Assembly: GCA_029935315.1 (NCBI GenBank)
Contig: JAOZKN010000001.1
Span: forward strand, 28,713-92,712
DNA length: 64,000 bases
DNA from: Desulfocapsa sp.
GTDB lineage: Bacteria > Desulfobacterota > Desulfobulbia > Desulfobulbales > Desulfocapsaceae
Direction of reading: 5' to 3'
Position numbers and translations under genes: made by a program
The notes under the pieces: generated by a model
The model's database searches: none
Told to the model about the DNA's origin: nothing
The model's input: only the letters and a program-made list of their open reading frames with translations
Shown here: positions 18,107 through 28,104 of the stretch, in pieces
Layout: each line of letters opens with the position of its first letter
How positions within the stretch are numbered: position 1 is the first letter of the stretch

Positions 18107-20668
18107 ATGTCAAAATTGCGTACACAAAGAGAAACTCTGGAAGAATTGTGGAAGCAGGGGCTGAGTGGTCAGGCCCTGCTGCTGGAACAGAGTCGTCTTG
18201 CCGATGAATTTATCGCGGAACATTTTCAGGCGTCAGCCGACGATTCTTCCCCGGATTCCCTGGCCATAATAGCCCTTGGCGGGTATGGGCGCAGTGAGCT
18301 TTTTCCCTACTCCGACATTGATCTTCTTATTTTATATAAAGAAGATGCAAAAGAAGAGATGGAGAGGGTGGTTAACGGTGTGCTCTATCCTCTTTGGGAT
18401 ACCGGGCTGGACGTGGGGCACGGTGTACGTACCGTTGATGAGTGCATCAGTTTTGCCGAAGAGGATTTCTTTTTCCGGGTCGCCATGCTCGATGCCAGGT
18501 TGCTGGCAGGCTCTTCCACGCTTTTTTCCCAGTTGCAGGAACGCTACAAGAGCAGGTTTGTAGAGGGTGAGCGAAAGGGTTTTGTGGATGCAATGAAACG
18601 TTTTAAAGGGGAAAGGCGAAAACGATTTGGCAGTCACAGCTATCTTCTTGAGCCCAATATCAAAGAAAGTAAAGGCGGTATGCGTGATATCCAGGCCATG
18701 CTCTGGACAGCCATTGTGGTTTTTGGTTTGCGTGGCGTTGAGGCGATCAGCAGTGCCGGGATTTTACAGGAAGATGAGAAAATCGCATTTCTTGAGGCCT
18801 GGAATATGCTGGTCAGGATACGTAATCGTCTGCATTACATCAGTGGTCGCAAGAACGAACAGTTGTATTTTGAACAGCAGGAAGAGATGGCCGTTGCCTT
18901 TGGTTATAAAGATGACAAGGGTGTACTCGGTGTTGAAAGTTTTATGCGGGAGCTTTACGGCCACCTGCAGACCATCGCTGTGACAACGGATCTCTTTTTC
19001 GGCCATGTGGAAGATGTGCTCGGAGCAGCAGCTGGTGCTCAGGAGAACAACAGGCTTGTGGAAAAAGGGATAGAGATTCGTGCAAATCGTGTGCATCTGG
19101 TGGCTCAGGCCGATGACCTGCGCATCCGTCCCTACCTGCTGATGCGTGTTTTTCTGCTTGCTGCGAAAACCGGACTGCCGATTCATTATAGAAGTCGAAA
19201 ACTCATACGCAGTACTCTTGGATTGGTGACAGACAACCTGCGTTCTTCGGCCAGGATGTCAAAGCCCTTTTTTGAAATTCTTGAGTCTGGTCAGAATGTC
19301 TTATCTGTCCTGGAAATGATGCTGGAAACAGGTCTTCTCTCTGCGTATATTCCCGAGTTTTCCCGTATTGAATCCCTTGCACAACACGATGTCTATCATA
19401 TTTATACCGTGGACCGTCACCTCTTGCAGAGTGTTGCTGAGCTGCGCAATGTCATGAGGACCGAGACGTTGGTCTGGCAGAATGTATCTTCCCTCAAGGT
19501 TCTATTTCTTGCAACATTGCTCCACGATATTGGAAAGGGCGAAGGCGGGGATCACTCTTCCATCGGTGCCGGCAGGATAGCAGAGGTGGGCAGGCGACTT
19601 GGCCTGGACAAGAAGGGGCAGGCAGACCTGGAGTTTGTGCTGCGTTATCATCTTTTTATGCCCGAAAATGCGATGCGTCGTGATCTCAGTGACGAAGCCT
19701 TTATCAGGCAGTGTGCCGAAAAGGTAGGGAGCAGTGACAGGCTGGCCATGCTCTATCTTATTTCTGTTGCTGATTCCCGTGCCACCGGGCCTTCCGCCTG
19801 GAGTGACTGGAAGGCCACCCTCCTCTTTGAGATGTACCAGAAAATTCATCCGTATCTGCAGCTTTCATCTGCGGCTGAGGTGCAGCAGCAGGTTGATCAG
19901 GGAGTGAACTGGCTGCGGGAGCAGGTTGCTGTGCATCTGGAGTCTGATCCAGAGGCAATGGTGATGGTTGATGAGTTGCCCGATGATTATTTACTCAGTT
20001 ATACACCGGAAACTATTGCCGAGCACGTTCGTGTGCACCACAAAAACAGCACACTTCTCAAACAGAAGTCACTTCTTTTTCCCAGGAAAATGCGTTTGCA
20101 ATGGTCACTGCTGGTGATGTGTCAGGACAGGCGTGGGTTACTGGCCAAAATATGCGGGGTATTAAGTCTGCACAATTTATCTGTGTTGAATGCCCATGTC
20201 TTTACCTGGAAAAATGGCAGTGCCGTGGATGTGCTTGAAGTGCGTGCCGAAGACAGTCTTGAATTTGAAGATATGGATTGGGCGGCAGTGGAGAATGACC
20301 TGAACCTTGCCCTCAGTCACCGGCTGGGGTTAGGGCACAGATTGTATAAAAAACTTCAGAGCGCCCGTACGAAACGAAGGCGTCCCGCAGGGCTTGGTGA
20401 AACAAGGGTACTTATAGACAATGAAGCCTCGGAAAAATATACAGTTGTGGAGGTGTATTCCACGGACAGCCCCGGTCAGTTGTATCGTATTACCCAGACC
20501 CTCGCTGATTTTGGCGTGGCCATTTATCGGGCCTATATTGCCACAGAGGTGGAGCAGCTTATTGACGTATTTTATGTGCTGGATAGCCGTGGGCAGCAAA
20601 TCACCGACACAGCTTTTGTAGAAGAGCTGCGCGATGGGATTTTGTATGGAATCGAGGCGACAGTGTGA
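18107..20668 (+). CDS. glnD: [protein-PII] uridylyltransferase/uridylyl-removing enzyme
   Basis: 853 aa with a nucleotidyltransferase domain (ALGGYGRSELFPYSDIDLL), an HD domain (LLHDIGKG) and two C-terminal ACT-like repeats. Confidence 0.9.
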   Translation: MSKLRTQRETLEELWKQGLSGQALLLEQSRLADEFIAEHFQASADDSSPDSLAIIALGGYGRSELFPYSDIDLLILYKEDAKEEMERVVNGVLYPLWDTGLDVGHGVRTVDECISFAEEDFFFRVAMLDARLLAGSSTLFSQLQERYKSRFVEGERKGFVDAMKRFKGERRKRFGSHSYLLEPNIKESKGGMRDIQAMLWTAIVVFGLRGVEAISSAGILQEDEKIAFLEAWNMLVRIRNRLHYISGRKNEQLYFEQQEEMAVAFGYKDDKGVLGVESFMRELYGHLQTIAVTTDLFFGHVEDVLGAAAGAQENNRLVEKGIEIRANRVHLVAQADDLRIRPYLLMRVFLLAAKTGLPIHYRSRKLIRSTLGLVTDNLRSSARMSKPFFEILESGQNVLSVLEMMLETGLLSAYIPEFSRIESLAQHDVYHIYTVDRHLLQSVAELRNVMRTETLVWQNVSSLKVLFLATLLHDIGKGEGGDHSSIGAGRIAEVGRRLGLDKKGQADLEFVLRYHLFMPENAMRRDLSDEAFIRQCAEKVGSSDRLAMLYLISVADSRATGPSAWSDWKATLLFEMYQKIHPYLQLSSAAEVQQQVDQGVNWLREQVAVHLESDPEAMVMVDELPDDYLLSYTPETIAEHVRVHHKNSTLLKQKSLLFPRKMRLQWSLLVMCQDRRGLLAKICGVLSLHNLSVLNAHVFTWKNGSAVDVLEVRAEDSLEFEDMDWAAVENDLNLALSHRLGLGHRLYKKLQSARTKRRRPAGLGETRVLIDNEASEKYTVVEVYSTDSPGQLYRITQTLADFGVAIYRAYIATEVEQLIDVFYVLDSRGQQITDTAFVEELRDGILYGIEATV

Positions 20669-20871
20669 AAATGCAATGTATTACAATTGTGTAAATAAAA
20701 TATTTTTTAATTGAATTTTTCACTCAAAATGGTAATGAGTGACTGTGTGTTTGCTTGGTGCTTTTCACACGAAAATTCAGGTATAAAACCCGTTACGGGA
20801 ACTTCTTTTATTTGTTGTCTGAGAAAGTAAATAAAAGAGATATATTTAACTTTTAGCAAGGAGATTTTGCA

Positions 20872-22200
20872 ATGACCAGAGACGAAATTATGAGAACCAT
20901 TGAGGAGGAAAATATCCATTATTTTCGCCTCCAGTTTGTTGATATTTTTGGTTTTATGAAGAACGTTGCCATTCCCAGAAGCCAGGTTGAAAAGGCCCTT
21001 GATGGTATGATGATGTTTGATGGCTCTTCCATTGACGGTTTTGTCCGCATCAATGAATCCGATATGTACCTGAAGCCGGATTATGATACCTTTACCGTTC
21101 TTCCCTGGAGAAATCAGGATGGTGTTGCTGCAGCTCGTATTATTTGTGATGTTGCTAAATCTGATGGAACTCCTTTTGCAGGCTGTCCAAGAAATAACCT
21201 CAAGCGCGTTCTGGCCGAAGCCAAAGAACTTGGTTACACCATGAACGTTGGTACCGAAGCTGAATTCTTCCTTTTTGAGAAGGATGAAGAAGGACGTGCC
21301 ACCACAATCACCAACGATGTTGCCGGATACTTCAGCCTTGATCCTGAAGATACTGGAAATGATTGTCGTCGTGAGATTATCGAGACCCTCGAAGAGATGG
21401 GTTTTGAGATTGAAGCATCTCATCACGAAGTTGCAGAAGGCCAGCATGAGATTAACTTCAAGTACTCCGATGCCCTTACCGCAGCCGATAATACCATCAC
21501 CTTCAAGTGGGTTGTAAAATCCGTTGCTGCACGTTATGGGCTGTACGCTACCTTTATGCCAAAGCCAATCTTTGGTATCAATGGTTCCGGTATGCATACC
21601 AACCAGTCACTCTTCAACGCAGACGGCACAAACGCTTTCTTTGAAGAAGGTGCACCTCTTCAGCTTTCTGAAACCGCGTATCAGTATATCGCCGGATCTT
21701 TGAAGAATGCCCGTGGCTTTGCAGCAGTTACCAATCCATTGGTAAACTCTTACAAGCGTCTTGTCCCAGGTTATGAGGCTCCTGTTTATGCAGCATGGTC
21801 AGCTTCCAACCGTTCTGCTCTTGTTCGTATTCCTGCATCTCGTGGGCTGGGAACTCGTACCGAGGTTCGTTGTCCGGATCCAACCTGTAACCCTTATCTT
21901 GCACTGGCCATGATGTTGAATTCCGGTCTGGATGGTGTGAAGAACAAGATGGATCCACCTCCATCTGTTGACAAGGACATCTTCAAGATGAGCCCTGCTG
22001 AGATGGATGAGGCCGGTATCCACGTGATGCCAGGCAGCTTGAAAGAGGCCATTGAAGAACTCAAGGCCAATCCCATTGCCAAAGATACTCTTGGCGAGCA
22101 TATCTTTGAGAAATATATTGAGGCCAAAGAGGCCGAGTGGGACAGGTATCGTACTGCAGTTACCGATTGGGAACTCGAGGAGTATCTTGATATTTATTAG
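20872..22200 (+). CDS. glnA: glutamine synthetase, type I (alpha-like, 442 aa)
   Basis: [23 protein letters not shown] and GSGMHTNQS. The position equivalent to the adenylylation Tyr is Phe (DKDIFKMSP, codon at 21982-21984). Confidence 0.95.
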   Translation: MTRDEIMRTIEEENIHYFRLQFVDIFGFMKNVAIPRSQVEKALDGMMMFDGSSIDGFVRINESDMYLKPDYDTFTVLPWRNQDGVAAARIICDVAKSDGTPFAGCPRNNLKRVLAEAKELGYTMNVGTEAEFFLFEKDEEGRATTITNDVAGYFSLDPEDTGNDCRREIIETLEEMGFEIEASHHEVAEGQHEINFKYSDALTAADNTITFKWVVKSVAARYGLYATFMPKPIFGINGSGMHTNQSLFNADGTNAFFEEGAPLQLSETAYQYIAGSLKNARGFAAVTNPLVNSYKRLVPGYEAPVYAAWSASNRSALVRIPASRGLGTRTEVRCPDPTCNPYLALAMMLNSGLDGVKNKMDPPPSVDKDIFKMSPAEMDEAGIHVMPGSLKEAIEELKANPIAKDTLGEHIFEKYIEAKEAEWDRYRTAVTDWELEEYLDIY

Positions 22201-22242
22201 TTGATCTTCTCCCTTAGAATAAGGGAAAGTATGTTGTTCCGG

Positions 22243-22283
22243 GAACCCCCAACAGCCTTTTGGTTGTTGGGGGTTCTTTTTTT
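22243..22283 (+). terminator. rho-independent terminator of glnA
   Basis: GAACCCCCAACAGCC-tttt-GGTTGTTGGGGGTTC followed by T7. Confidence 0.85.
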
Positions 22284-22337
22284 GTATGCAGCAGTTTCAG
22301 CTGTTGATATCTGGTGAAGAAATGTTGGAAATTGTTG

Positions 22338-22943
22338 TTAACGCAATATGATACCACGCTCACGAAGTTCTGAAATAACAACGTTGACACACTCCTGTAG
22401 AGGACGTGTGCCTGTATTCAAGTCAATATCAGGATTTTCAGGTGCCTCATAAGGAGAGGAAATACCGGTATAGTTTTTGATTTCTCCGGCACGGGCTTTC
22501 TTGTACAATCCTTTTACGTCTCGTTCTTCGCAGATTTCAAGGGGACAGTTACAGTAGACTTCGATCAGGTTTTCTTCGCCGATGATCTCTTTCACTTTTT
22601 CACGGTCAGCCGTTAAGGGAGAGATAAAGGCAGTGAGTGAAATAACGCCTGAGTCAAGAAAAAGGCAGACCATTTCTGCAATACGTCGCATGTTTTCACA
22701 GCGGTCATCAAGGCTGAAGCCTAAGTCATTACAGAGTCCGTGCCGTACATTGTCTCCATCAAAAACATAGGTTCTGCAGCCCATCATATGTAATCGCTCT
22801 TCCACCGCATGGGCAAGAGTCGATTTGCCGGAACCGGACAAGCCGGTAAACCAGAGATTAATACTCATGTGGCCATTTAAGGTCTCGCGGCGGGGACGAC
22901 TTACGGCCGCACGATGTTTAACGATATTTGTCGGAGGGATCAT
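22338..22943 (-). CDS. cysC: adenylylsulfate kinase
   Basis: WFTGLSGSGKSTLA P-loop and LDGDNVRHGL-type motif (FDGDNVRHGL). Confidence 0.9.
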   Translation of the reverse strand: MIPPTNIVKHRAAVSRPRRETLNGHMSINLWFTGLSGSGKSTLAHAVEERLHMMGCRTYVFDGDNVRHGLCNDLGFSLDDRCENMRRIAEMVCLFLDSGVISLTAFISPLTADREKVKEIIGEENLIEVYCNCPLEICEERDVKGLYKKARAGEIKNYTGISSPYEAPENPDIDLNTGTRPLQECVNVVISELRERGIILR

Positions 22944-22981
22944 TGTGGATCTCTTAATTCAAGGTTCAAGGCTGAGGGTTT

Positions 22982-23107
22982 GGATGGTTAGTAAAAAACT
23001 TCATATTCGAGGCGCAGAAATTTAAAATTATTTCGGCGTACTGAGGTACGTTGTAATGATTTTAAATTTCCAGCAACGAAGAAGATGAAGAGTTTTTACT
23101 AACCATC
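22982..23107 (+). repeat. intergenic palindromic element, copy 3 (core only)
   Basis: Sequence: GGATGGTTAGTAAAAAACTTCATATTCGAGG ... GAAATTTAAAAT TATTTCGGCGTACTGAGGTACGTTGTAATG ATTTTAAATTTC ... CAACGAAGAAGATGAAGAGTTTTTACTAACCATC. It lies between the galU stop (which it touches) and the cysC start. Confidence 0.85.
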
Positions 23108-23973
23108 TAGCAGAACATATTTTTAAGGTAAGGGAGCAATGTGTCTTTGATTTCAGGATGTTCAAGGGCAAAAGCCAGGTTGGCCATCTGGAAACCGGCT
23201 TTATCTCCACAGTCAAAACGCGTTCCTTCAAAGCGATACCCGAAGATGGGTTGCTCCTGCAGCAGTTGGGACATGGCGTCAGTCAGCTGAATTTCACCCC
23301 CTGCACCGGTTTGCTGCTGGCCAAGGATGTCAAAAATTCTGGGTGTGAGTATATATCTGCCAATCACGGCCATATTGGAAGGCGCTTCATCTGCCGGTGG
23401 CTTTTCGACCATTGCCCGGATCCGGAATGTCTCGTCACTTGGATTTTCGGCGTCCAGTATGCCATAGCGGGAGGTCTCTTCCTTTGGCACTTCAATAACA
23501 GCTACAGTTGATGCACGCAGTCTGTCGTACTCTTTCATCATCTGATGGAGAACCGGAGTATCACTTTTGATGAGATCATCTGCGAGCAAAACGGCGAAGG
23601 GTTCGTCGCCAATGATATCACGGGCACACCATATTGCGTGTCCAAGGCCCAGGGGTTCGCTTTGTCGGGTGTAAATGATGGTTCCGGATTTGGGGACGAG
23701 GGATTCGATCTCTTTTAAGATTTCGACTTTCTGGCGTTTTCTGAGAGTTTCTTCCAGTTGAAAGGATCTGTCAAAATGGTTTTCCAGTGATCCTTTTCCT
23801 CCGCCGGTAACAAAAATGAGTTGCTCAATGCCTGAGGCCAGGGCTTCCTCAACAGCGTATTGGATCAAGGGTTTGTCAACAATAGGCAGCATTTCCTTGG
23901 GCATTGCTTTGGTGGCAGGAAGGAATCTGGTGCCGAGTCCAGCAACCGGGAAGACAGCTTTTTTTATTTTCAT
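23107..23973 (-). CDS. galU: UTP--glucose-1-phosphate uridylyltransferase
   Basis: MKIKKAVFPVAGLGTRFLPATKAMPKEMLPIVDKPLIQY; start trimmed from 24006. Confidence 0.9.
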   Translation of the reverse strand: MKIKKAVFPVAGLGTRFLPATKAMPKEMLPIVDKPLIQYAVEEALASGIEQLIFVTGGGKGSLENHFDRSFQLEETLRKRQKVEILKEIESLVPKSGTIIYTRQSEPLGLGHAIWCARDIIGDEPFAVLLADDLIKSDTPVLHQMMKEYDRLRASTVAVIEVPKEETSRYGILDAENPSDETFRIRAMVEKPPADEAPSNMAVIGRYILTPRIFDILGQQQTGAGGEIQLTDAMSQLLQEQPIFGYRFEGTRFDCGDKAGFQMANLAFALEHPEIKDTLLPYLKNMFC

Positions 23974-24225
23974 AGAAATTCCAGAGTAATGATGGTTTCG
24001 TAACAACCTGAAAGCAGGATGATTAAGTAAAAAGAACTCACCTGCATTGATAACACAGGAAGAAAAAATTGGCGATACAACTGGCTATAGTTTAGTACAA
24101 AAATCGTATAAATTCAAAAAGGAAATAACTGTAGAAGTTTTAAAAGCTGATGTAAATAGGCATAAATACTAGTTTTCAGATACTTTATGCAATTTTGTGC
24201 ACTCCTGCGTTCTTTTCACAGAAAT

Positions 24226-25314
24226 CTAGATCTTTGGGCCCATGAAATTGCTGAGAAGGGAGAGGGTATTTGCCAGCAATAAACCGGTCGCAGCCCCGCC
24301 CATGTCAATGAGCAGATCGGTGAGGAGTGGTGAGCGGTTTTCAATGAAAAACTGGCTGAATTCCGTTGCGCAGGCAAGCATAAAAACATCGGTGATTAAG
24401 AAGCCGACAGGTCTGGACGGGTTGCTGCGGCGTAACAGAAGTACGAGGAAGGCAAAGAGGATAAAGTGAGCAATTTTGCTGATATCTATCATATCACCTG
24501 TTGATTGTTGCCATTGGGATTGTGGGGGCATTCCTGTCGCTGCAGGATGTGGAGCACTGATTTTACTCACCTGCGTTGTCAGTTGACTATCTATTTGTGT
24601 TTTAAGTTTATTTTTCAATTCTGCTGGCATAGTGGTGCCGATAAGGATAACCGCCACCGTCACAAGCAAGAGGAACCTGGGGACTGCAAGCCGTTGATGC
24701 GTCATGTATGGGGCAAAAAGTAAAAAGGAAAACAGTACCCATGCACTCCTCAGCAGCCATTTTGTTTTCTGGTAAAGGGAGGTTTCTGCCACCTGGTAGA
24801 GGCTGAGGTTTTTGAGAAAGAATTCACCACTGCAATGACTCATCTGTACGACAACCCGAAAAACGCTGCAGTCGGGTGCAATTGTGAAAACGCTACTTAC
24901 TTCCTGCCAGGCATTTGTGCCGTTTAAAGCTGCCACCTGGTACGGGATGCTGTATCTGGCCACGTCTCCAAAATACTGAACCAGGAGAAGGCGTGCCCGG
25001 TGGTGTGCTTTACTTCCTGCCACGGTATCGTAGCTTCGCAGCACAGCATTGAGTTGTACTTTTTTACCGGCAAAACGATTTGGAATGGTCTGATAAAAGG
25101 ATAGACTTGTCTTTGCATCGGCAGAATGCATTGCAAGTTTTCCATTTTGGGCAATTATTGTATCTGTGTCTGCTTTATGTGACTGCCACTGTTCCAGGCC
25201 AGAGGAAAAGTTTGTATCATTTAGTATTTGTTGGCCAGTTGTATAGTATTGAGGGAGAAATGCAGCACAGCAAAGTGTGGTAAGTGCGAGGAGGAGGAAG
25301 ATACCTGTTTTCAT
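24226..25314 (-). CDS. membrane protein with an N-terminal CBM-like beta-sandwich region and a C-terminal VanZ-like domain
   Basis: Signal peptide MKTGIFLLLALTTLCCAAF. NDTNFSSGLEQWQSH...VFRVVVQ resembles CBM4_9-type modules. The C-terminal TM region KIAHFILFAFLVLLL...DLLIDMGGAATG is VanZ-like. Weak, pattern-based assignment. Confidence 0.4.
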   Translation of the reverse strand: MKTGIFLLLALTTLCCAAFLPQYYTTGQQILNDTNFSSGLEQWQSHKADTDTIIAQNGKLAMHSADAKTSLSFYQTIPNRFAGKKVQLNAVLRSYDTVAGSKAHHRARLLLVQYFGDVARYSIPYQVAALNGTNAWQEVSSVFTIAPDCSVFRVVVQMSHCSGEFFLKNLSLYQVAETSLYQKTKWLLRSAWVLFSFLLFAPYMTHQRLAVPRFLLLVTVAVILIGTTMPAELKNKLKTQIDSQLTTQVSKISAPHPAATGMPPQSQWQQSTGDMIDISKIAHFILFAFLVLLLRRSNPSRPVGFLITDVFMLACATEFSQFFIENRSPLLTDLLIDMGGAATGLLLANTLSLLSNFMGPKI

Positions 25315-25403
25315 TCCATCGTCATCTGTGTTGAGATTTTTCGGAGATGGGTTGGCAGCAAGTGGACAAAATTTGATGCCCGTGGGGAAGGGGAAGGTAA
25401 AAG

Positions 25404-25480
25404 TGGTACGCCAAGCAGGATTCGAACCTGCGACCTACGGCTTAGAAGGCCGTTGCTCTATCCAGCTGAGCTATTGGCGC
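25404..25480 (-). tRNA. tRNA-Arg (anticodon UCU), CCA encoded
   Basis: Reverse complement: GCGCCAATAGCTCAGCTGGATAGAGCAACGGCCTTCTAAGCCGTAGGTCGCAGGTTCGAATCCTGCTTGGCGTACCA. It folds as a cloverleaf with D stem GCTC/GAGC, anticodon stem ACGGC/GCCGT, loop CT-TCT-AA and T arm GCAGG-TTCGAAT-CCTGC. Confidence 0.9.
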
Positions 25481-25656
25481 ACAATGTATGAGCCTGTGAG
25501 TTTACAAGTCCATAACAACATACTTGCTATAAAATATAGTACTCAAAAAATCAACCCCATTCTTGATCGTTTGAGGAAGCAGGGCAATCTTGACAGATCT
25601 ATTTCGTGTAACCTTACAATATCAACTGCTAAGTGCATTTGCTACTTGAATTCACC

Positions 25657-28005
25657 TTATAGTTTTTTTGAACCTGGGCAATCTTCCCCGATAGGTTTCC
25701 ATACCGGGCCAGTGACGGTGTCGATGATCTGTATTCCATGCCGGATCAGTTCGTCCCGTGCTTCATCTGCAGCCTGCCAGTTTTTCTCATTGCGTGCCTG
25801 CTCACGTCGCTGGATCAGGGCATTGGCAGACGGTGCCAGTGGACAGCCTTTGAGACGGAAAATCTGTAGAATTTTGTTAATTTGCCCCAAACTTTCCAGG
25901 ATATATTTTTTCTGATCGCCGTCCAGATGGTTCACATGCAGGATGGGGTTCGTCTGCTTAATAAACCTGTATATTGCGCTCATTGCTTTTGAAACATTGA
26001 GATCGTCATCCATGGCGGCAAAAAAATGATCCTCCATGGCAGAAACGTAAGCAGTTACCTCAGGATGAGGTTTACCGGGGGGCAGACAGAGGAGCTTGCA
26101 GGTGAATTCATCTATCCTTCTCAGGGCTGTGCGCACATTGGTCAGGCGGCGTAAAGAAAAGTTGAGTGGTTTGCGGTAATGAACGGAAAGCAGCATAAAA
26201 CGAACATCACGAGGAGTAAATCCACGAAGTAAAACATCCTTGAGGGTCACAACATTGTTGGCCTCGGTGGACATCTTTTTGCCATCCACCAGCAGGAGTT
26301 CCGAGTGTAGCCAGTACTTTGCCAGGGGTTTACCGGTAAGTGCTTCGGCAATGGCGATTTCATTTTCATGGTGAGGGAAGATAAGATCACGGCTGGAGGT
26401 ATGGATATCCATGGTCTCACCAAGATATTTGGTGGACATGGCGGAACACTCAATGTGCCAGCCCGGTCGAACATTTCCCCAGTCGGTCTCATAAAAGATG
26501 CCTTTTTTCAGTTCGGCCAGGGTCGAACGTTTGAGCAGGGTGAAGTCGCGCGGATTGTCTTTCTCATAATTATCAAGATCAACTGTTTTGCCCAGCTGAA
26601 TTTTGCCAAGATCAATGCCTGACAGGCGGCCATATTTCTTGAATTTCGAGATGTCAAAATAGATGGAGCCATGCTTTTCATAGGCAAAGCCCTTGTGCAG
26701 CAATTCGTGGGCTATTTCAATCATATTCCCCACGTGTTCGGAAGCCTTGGGGTACGTCGTTGCCCGCTTAACACTGAGAGAATCGATGTCCTCCATAAAA
26801 CTTTCGATATATTTCTCGGTAAAATCCTTAAGAGATTTTCCGGCATTGTTTGCGCCATCGATGGTGTTATCATCCAGGTCGGTGAAATTCATGCAGGAAT
26901 TTACGTCATAGCCTTTGTATTCCAGGTGGCGGGTGATAAGATCCGAGACCACAAATCTTCGGCACAGAGAAAGGTTTGTCGGTTCGTAAGCTGTTGGGCC
27001 ACAGGTGTAGAATGTCACCGATTTTTCCTGCTGTGATACAAACTTTTCTTTCTTTTTGGTCAGGGTATTAAAAAAACAGAGGCCTGCCTTCTTCTCTGTC
27101 GCCTTGTTTTTACGGGTAAACAGAGGAGTGGAAAGGTAGCGTTCACCACCGTCCGGGAAAATTGTCACAATAAAACCCTCATCCAGGGTGTTCGCCAGTT
27201 CAAGGGTAGAGAACATGGCTGCACCGCTACTCATCCCAACCAGTAAACCTTCTTTTCTGGCAAGGAGTCTGGCCATGCGAAAGGCATCTTCGTCGTGAAT
27301 GGTGACAATTTCGTGGGGTAATGATTTGTCAAAGATTCCCGGGCGATAGGATTCTTTCATGTTTTTCAGGCCCTGGATCTTATGACCAAGGTAGGGCTCA
27401 ACCGCAACTATGTTTACCTGTGGCTGGTGCTCTGAAAACCATTTGCAGAGACCCATCACTGTTCCGGATGTGCCAAGGGTAGCAACTATATGGGTTACTT
27501 TGCCTTCGGTTTGTTCCCAGATTTCAGGTGCTGTGTGGTTGTAATGTGCTTTCCAGTTGGCTTCATTGTTGAACTGGTCGGTGAGGAAATAACGGTCTGG
27601 AAATTCACGAGCCATGGCGTAGGTTTTTTCGATGGCTCCGTCTGTACTTCTTTTTGCAGGGGTGAGCAGGATTTCTGCCCCGTAGGCCTGCATAATTTTT
27701 CTGCGTTCAAGGGATGCGGATTCTGGCATGACCAGCTGGCAGCGATATCCTTTTGCTGCGCAGACCATGGCAAGGCCGATTCCGGTGTTGCCGCTGGTGG
27801 CCTCAAGAACGATTTTGCTGGAAGTTAATTCTCCGCTGGCCTCTCCTGCTTCAATAAGGGACAGGGAGATTCGTTCTTTTACTGATCCGCCAGGGTTTCT
27901 GGATTCTAACTTGCCGTACACGAGGGCATTGGATGTGTTGAGACGGTTGATGCGTACCAGGGGAGTGTCACCGATGGCATCTAAAACAGTGTCGCAGAGG
28001 CTCAT
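25657..28005 (-). CDS. fusion protein: CysK-type PLP-dependent cysteine synthase (aa 1-~296) + CysRS-like domain with degenerate class-I signatures (aa ~309-782)
   Basis: N-terminal domain: NPGGSVKER (PLP Lys43), TSGNTGIGLA, GTSGT and GMSSGAA. C-terminal domain is collinear with E. coli CysRS from residue 2 (LCFFNTLTKKKEKF). It retains CGPT, GWHIECSAM, FPHHENEIA and AMDDDLN. HIGH is replaced by NLSL (aa 344-347), KIIK by NTID, and KMSKS by KMSTE (aa 577-581). Confidence 0.8.
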   Translation of the reverse strand: MSLCDTVLDAIGDTPLVRINRLNTSNALVYGKLESRNPGGSVKERISLSLIEAGEASGELTSSKIVLEATSGNTGIGLAMVCAAKGYRCQLVMPESASLERRKIMQAYGAEILLTPAKRSTDGAIEKTYAMAREFPDRYFLTDQFNNEANWKAHYNHTAPEIWEQTEGKVTHIVATLGTSGTVMGLCKWFSEHQPQVNIVAVEPYLGHKIQGLKNMKESYRPGIFDKSLPHEIVTIHDEDAFRMARLLARKEGLLVGMSSGAAMFSTLELANTLDEGFIVTIFPDGGERYLSTPLFTRKNKATEKKAGLCFFNTLTKKKEKFVSQQEKSVTFYTCGPTAYEPTNLSLCRRFVVSDLITRHLEYKGYDVNSCMNFTDLDDNTIDGANNAGKSLKDFTEKYIESFMEDIDSLSVKRATTYPKASEHVGNMIEIAHELLHKGFAYEKHGSIYFDISKFKKYGRLSGIDLGKIQLGKTVDLDNYEKDNPRDFTLLKRSTLAELKKGIFYETDWGNVRPGWHIECSAMSTKYLGETMDIHTSSRDLIFPHHENEIAIAEALTGKPLAKYWLHSELLLVDGKKMSTEANNVVTLKDVLLRGFTPRDVRFMLLSVHYRKPLNFSLRRLTNVRTALRRIDEFTCKLLCLPPGKPHPEVTAYVSAMEDHFFAAMDDDLNVSKAMSAIYRFIKQTNPILHVNHLDGDQKKYILESLGQINKILQIFRLKGCPLAPSANALIQRREQARNEKNWQAADEARDELIRHGIQIIDTVTGPVWKPIGEDCPGSKKL

Positions 28006-28104
28006 TATTGTGGAAGTACCTTTCTTGAGAAATGATTAATCAAATGGAATTTTACTCTATTGTTAATTCCAGTCAGATGCAAGCAGGAAGATTACGGCTG
28101 TTCC

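Noticed and set aside
20669-20871. Looked for a sigma54 promoter, an NtrC-type TGCACC-N5-GGTGCA site or a glutamine riboswitch upstream of glnA.
   Set aside because: The closest string, TTGGTGCTTTTCACACG, lacks a -12 GC at the right spacing. I could find no palindromic NtrC-like site and nothing resembling the glnA RNA motif. No call was made.
20707-21597. 296-aa minus-strand ORF overlapping the glnA 5' half.
   Set aside because: It is antisense to an unmistakable glutamine synthetase and I recognise no motifs in it. It is a shadow ORF. The same reasoning applies to 12546-13202 (antisense to manC), 31129-31932 (antisense to SNF2), 44169-44792 (antisense to the biotin ligase), 54078-54710 (antisense to ligA and the tautomerase gene) and 41331-41939 (antisense to cmoB).
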